Source of the DNA: a virus
Taxonomy: Duplodnaviria > Caudoviricetes
IMG/VR virus record: IMGVR_UViG_3300048856_000021
Span: 1 to 42,851 of that record
DNA length: 42,851 bases
Direction: 5' to 3' (one strand)
Part shown: positions 42,519 through 42,851 of the stretch, piece by piece
Position numbering within the stretch: position 1 is the first letter of the stretch
How the letters are laid out: each line of letters starts with the position of its first letter
Notes under the pieces: model-generated
Told to the model about the DNA's origin: nothing
The model's input: the letters and a program-made list of their open reading frames with translations, nothing else
Database searches by the model: none
Position numbers and translations under genes: made by a program

Positions 42519-42851
42519 TCAGTCGGCGGGGACGTCGACGATCCGCTCCTCGCCGATGACGGGTTCGAGCGAACCGGCCGAGGCGGCGGCGAGGTCGGCG
42601 GGCAGGGCGCCGAGCGCCTCGTGGGGGACCCACACCTCGAAGGTCGCCGCCTGCCCGTACTCGGTCGGACCGAGCGTCGCGTGGTGGTGCCGCACCCAGT
42701 CGCGCAGCACGTTGTCGAGCCGCCCGGCGTCGGCGTGGTCGACGTCGAAGCGCACCTGCGTCAGGGCCTCGCGACGGACGAGGACCGCCGTGTCGAGCGC
42801 CTCGGACACCGAGGTCGAGTAGGCCCGGACCAGTCCGCCGGCACCGAGCTT
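42519..42851 (-). CDS. yigZ: YigZ/IMPACT family protein, 3' part (host; runs off the window)
   Basis: Frame open to the window edge: KLGAGGLVRAY signature. Confidence 0.85.
   Translation of the reverse strand, partial: KLGAGGLVRAYSTSVSEALDTAVLVRREALTQVRFDVDHADAGRLDNVLRDWVRHHHATLGPTEYGQAATFEVWVPHEALGALPADLAAASAGSLEPVIGEERIVDVPAD

Noticed and set aside
42379-42633. 84-aa minus ORF ending HPLGLEPRTH
   Set aside because: Antisense translation of the tRNA remnant in a frame overlapping yigZ; a common annotation artefact

Overview
The window holds an apparently complete temperate siphovirus prophage of 41,744 bp (att to att) in a high-GC actinobacterial chromosome; a Microbacteriaceae/Curtobacterium-like host is my inference. 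It is integrated in the 3' part of a tRNA-Lys(CTT) gene. The 50-bp att cores are at 621-670 and 42365-42414 (one mismatch), between host bcp on the left and a YigZ/IMPACT-family gene on the right. Modules from left to right: HNH plus a small rightward accessory operon; a minus-strand late operon (multidomain SGNH/SASA esterase, lysis cassette, tail, tape measure, -1 frameshifted tail chaperone, neck, HK97 capsid/protease/portal, terminase, packaging HNH); a structured late leader and putative late regulator; replication/recombination genes (SSB, NrdH, helicase, initiator with iterons, HNH, C5 methyltransferase, RusA, Sak4-like ATPase, RecE-like nuclease); a cro/repressor/ImmA switch; and a leftward operon that starts at attR and contains the integrase about 1.8 kb from att. 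The most unusual points are: (1) the cro-promoter operator is duplicated directly against the att core, at the promoter of the integrase operon; (2) both integrase (HxxR to RxxR) and ImmA (HExxH to HGxxH) carry active-site substitutions; (3) a pseudoknot-capable RNA element sits at the tail-chaperone RBS; (4) the late leader is about 430 nt and highly structured; (5) small accessory genes appear to be cassettes joined at shared boundary sequences. All functional calls come from motif recognition by eye; no searches were run.
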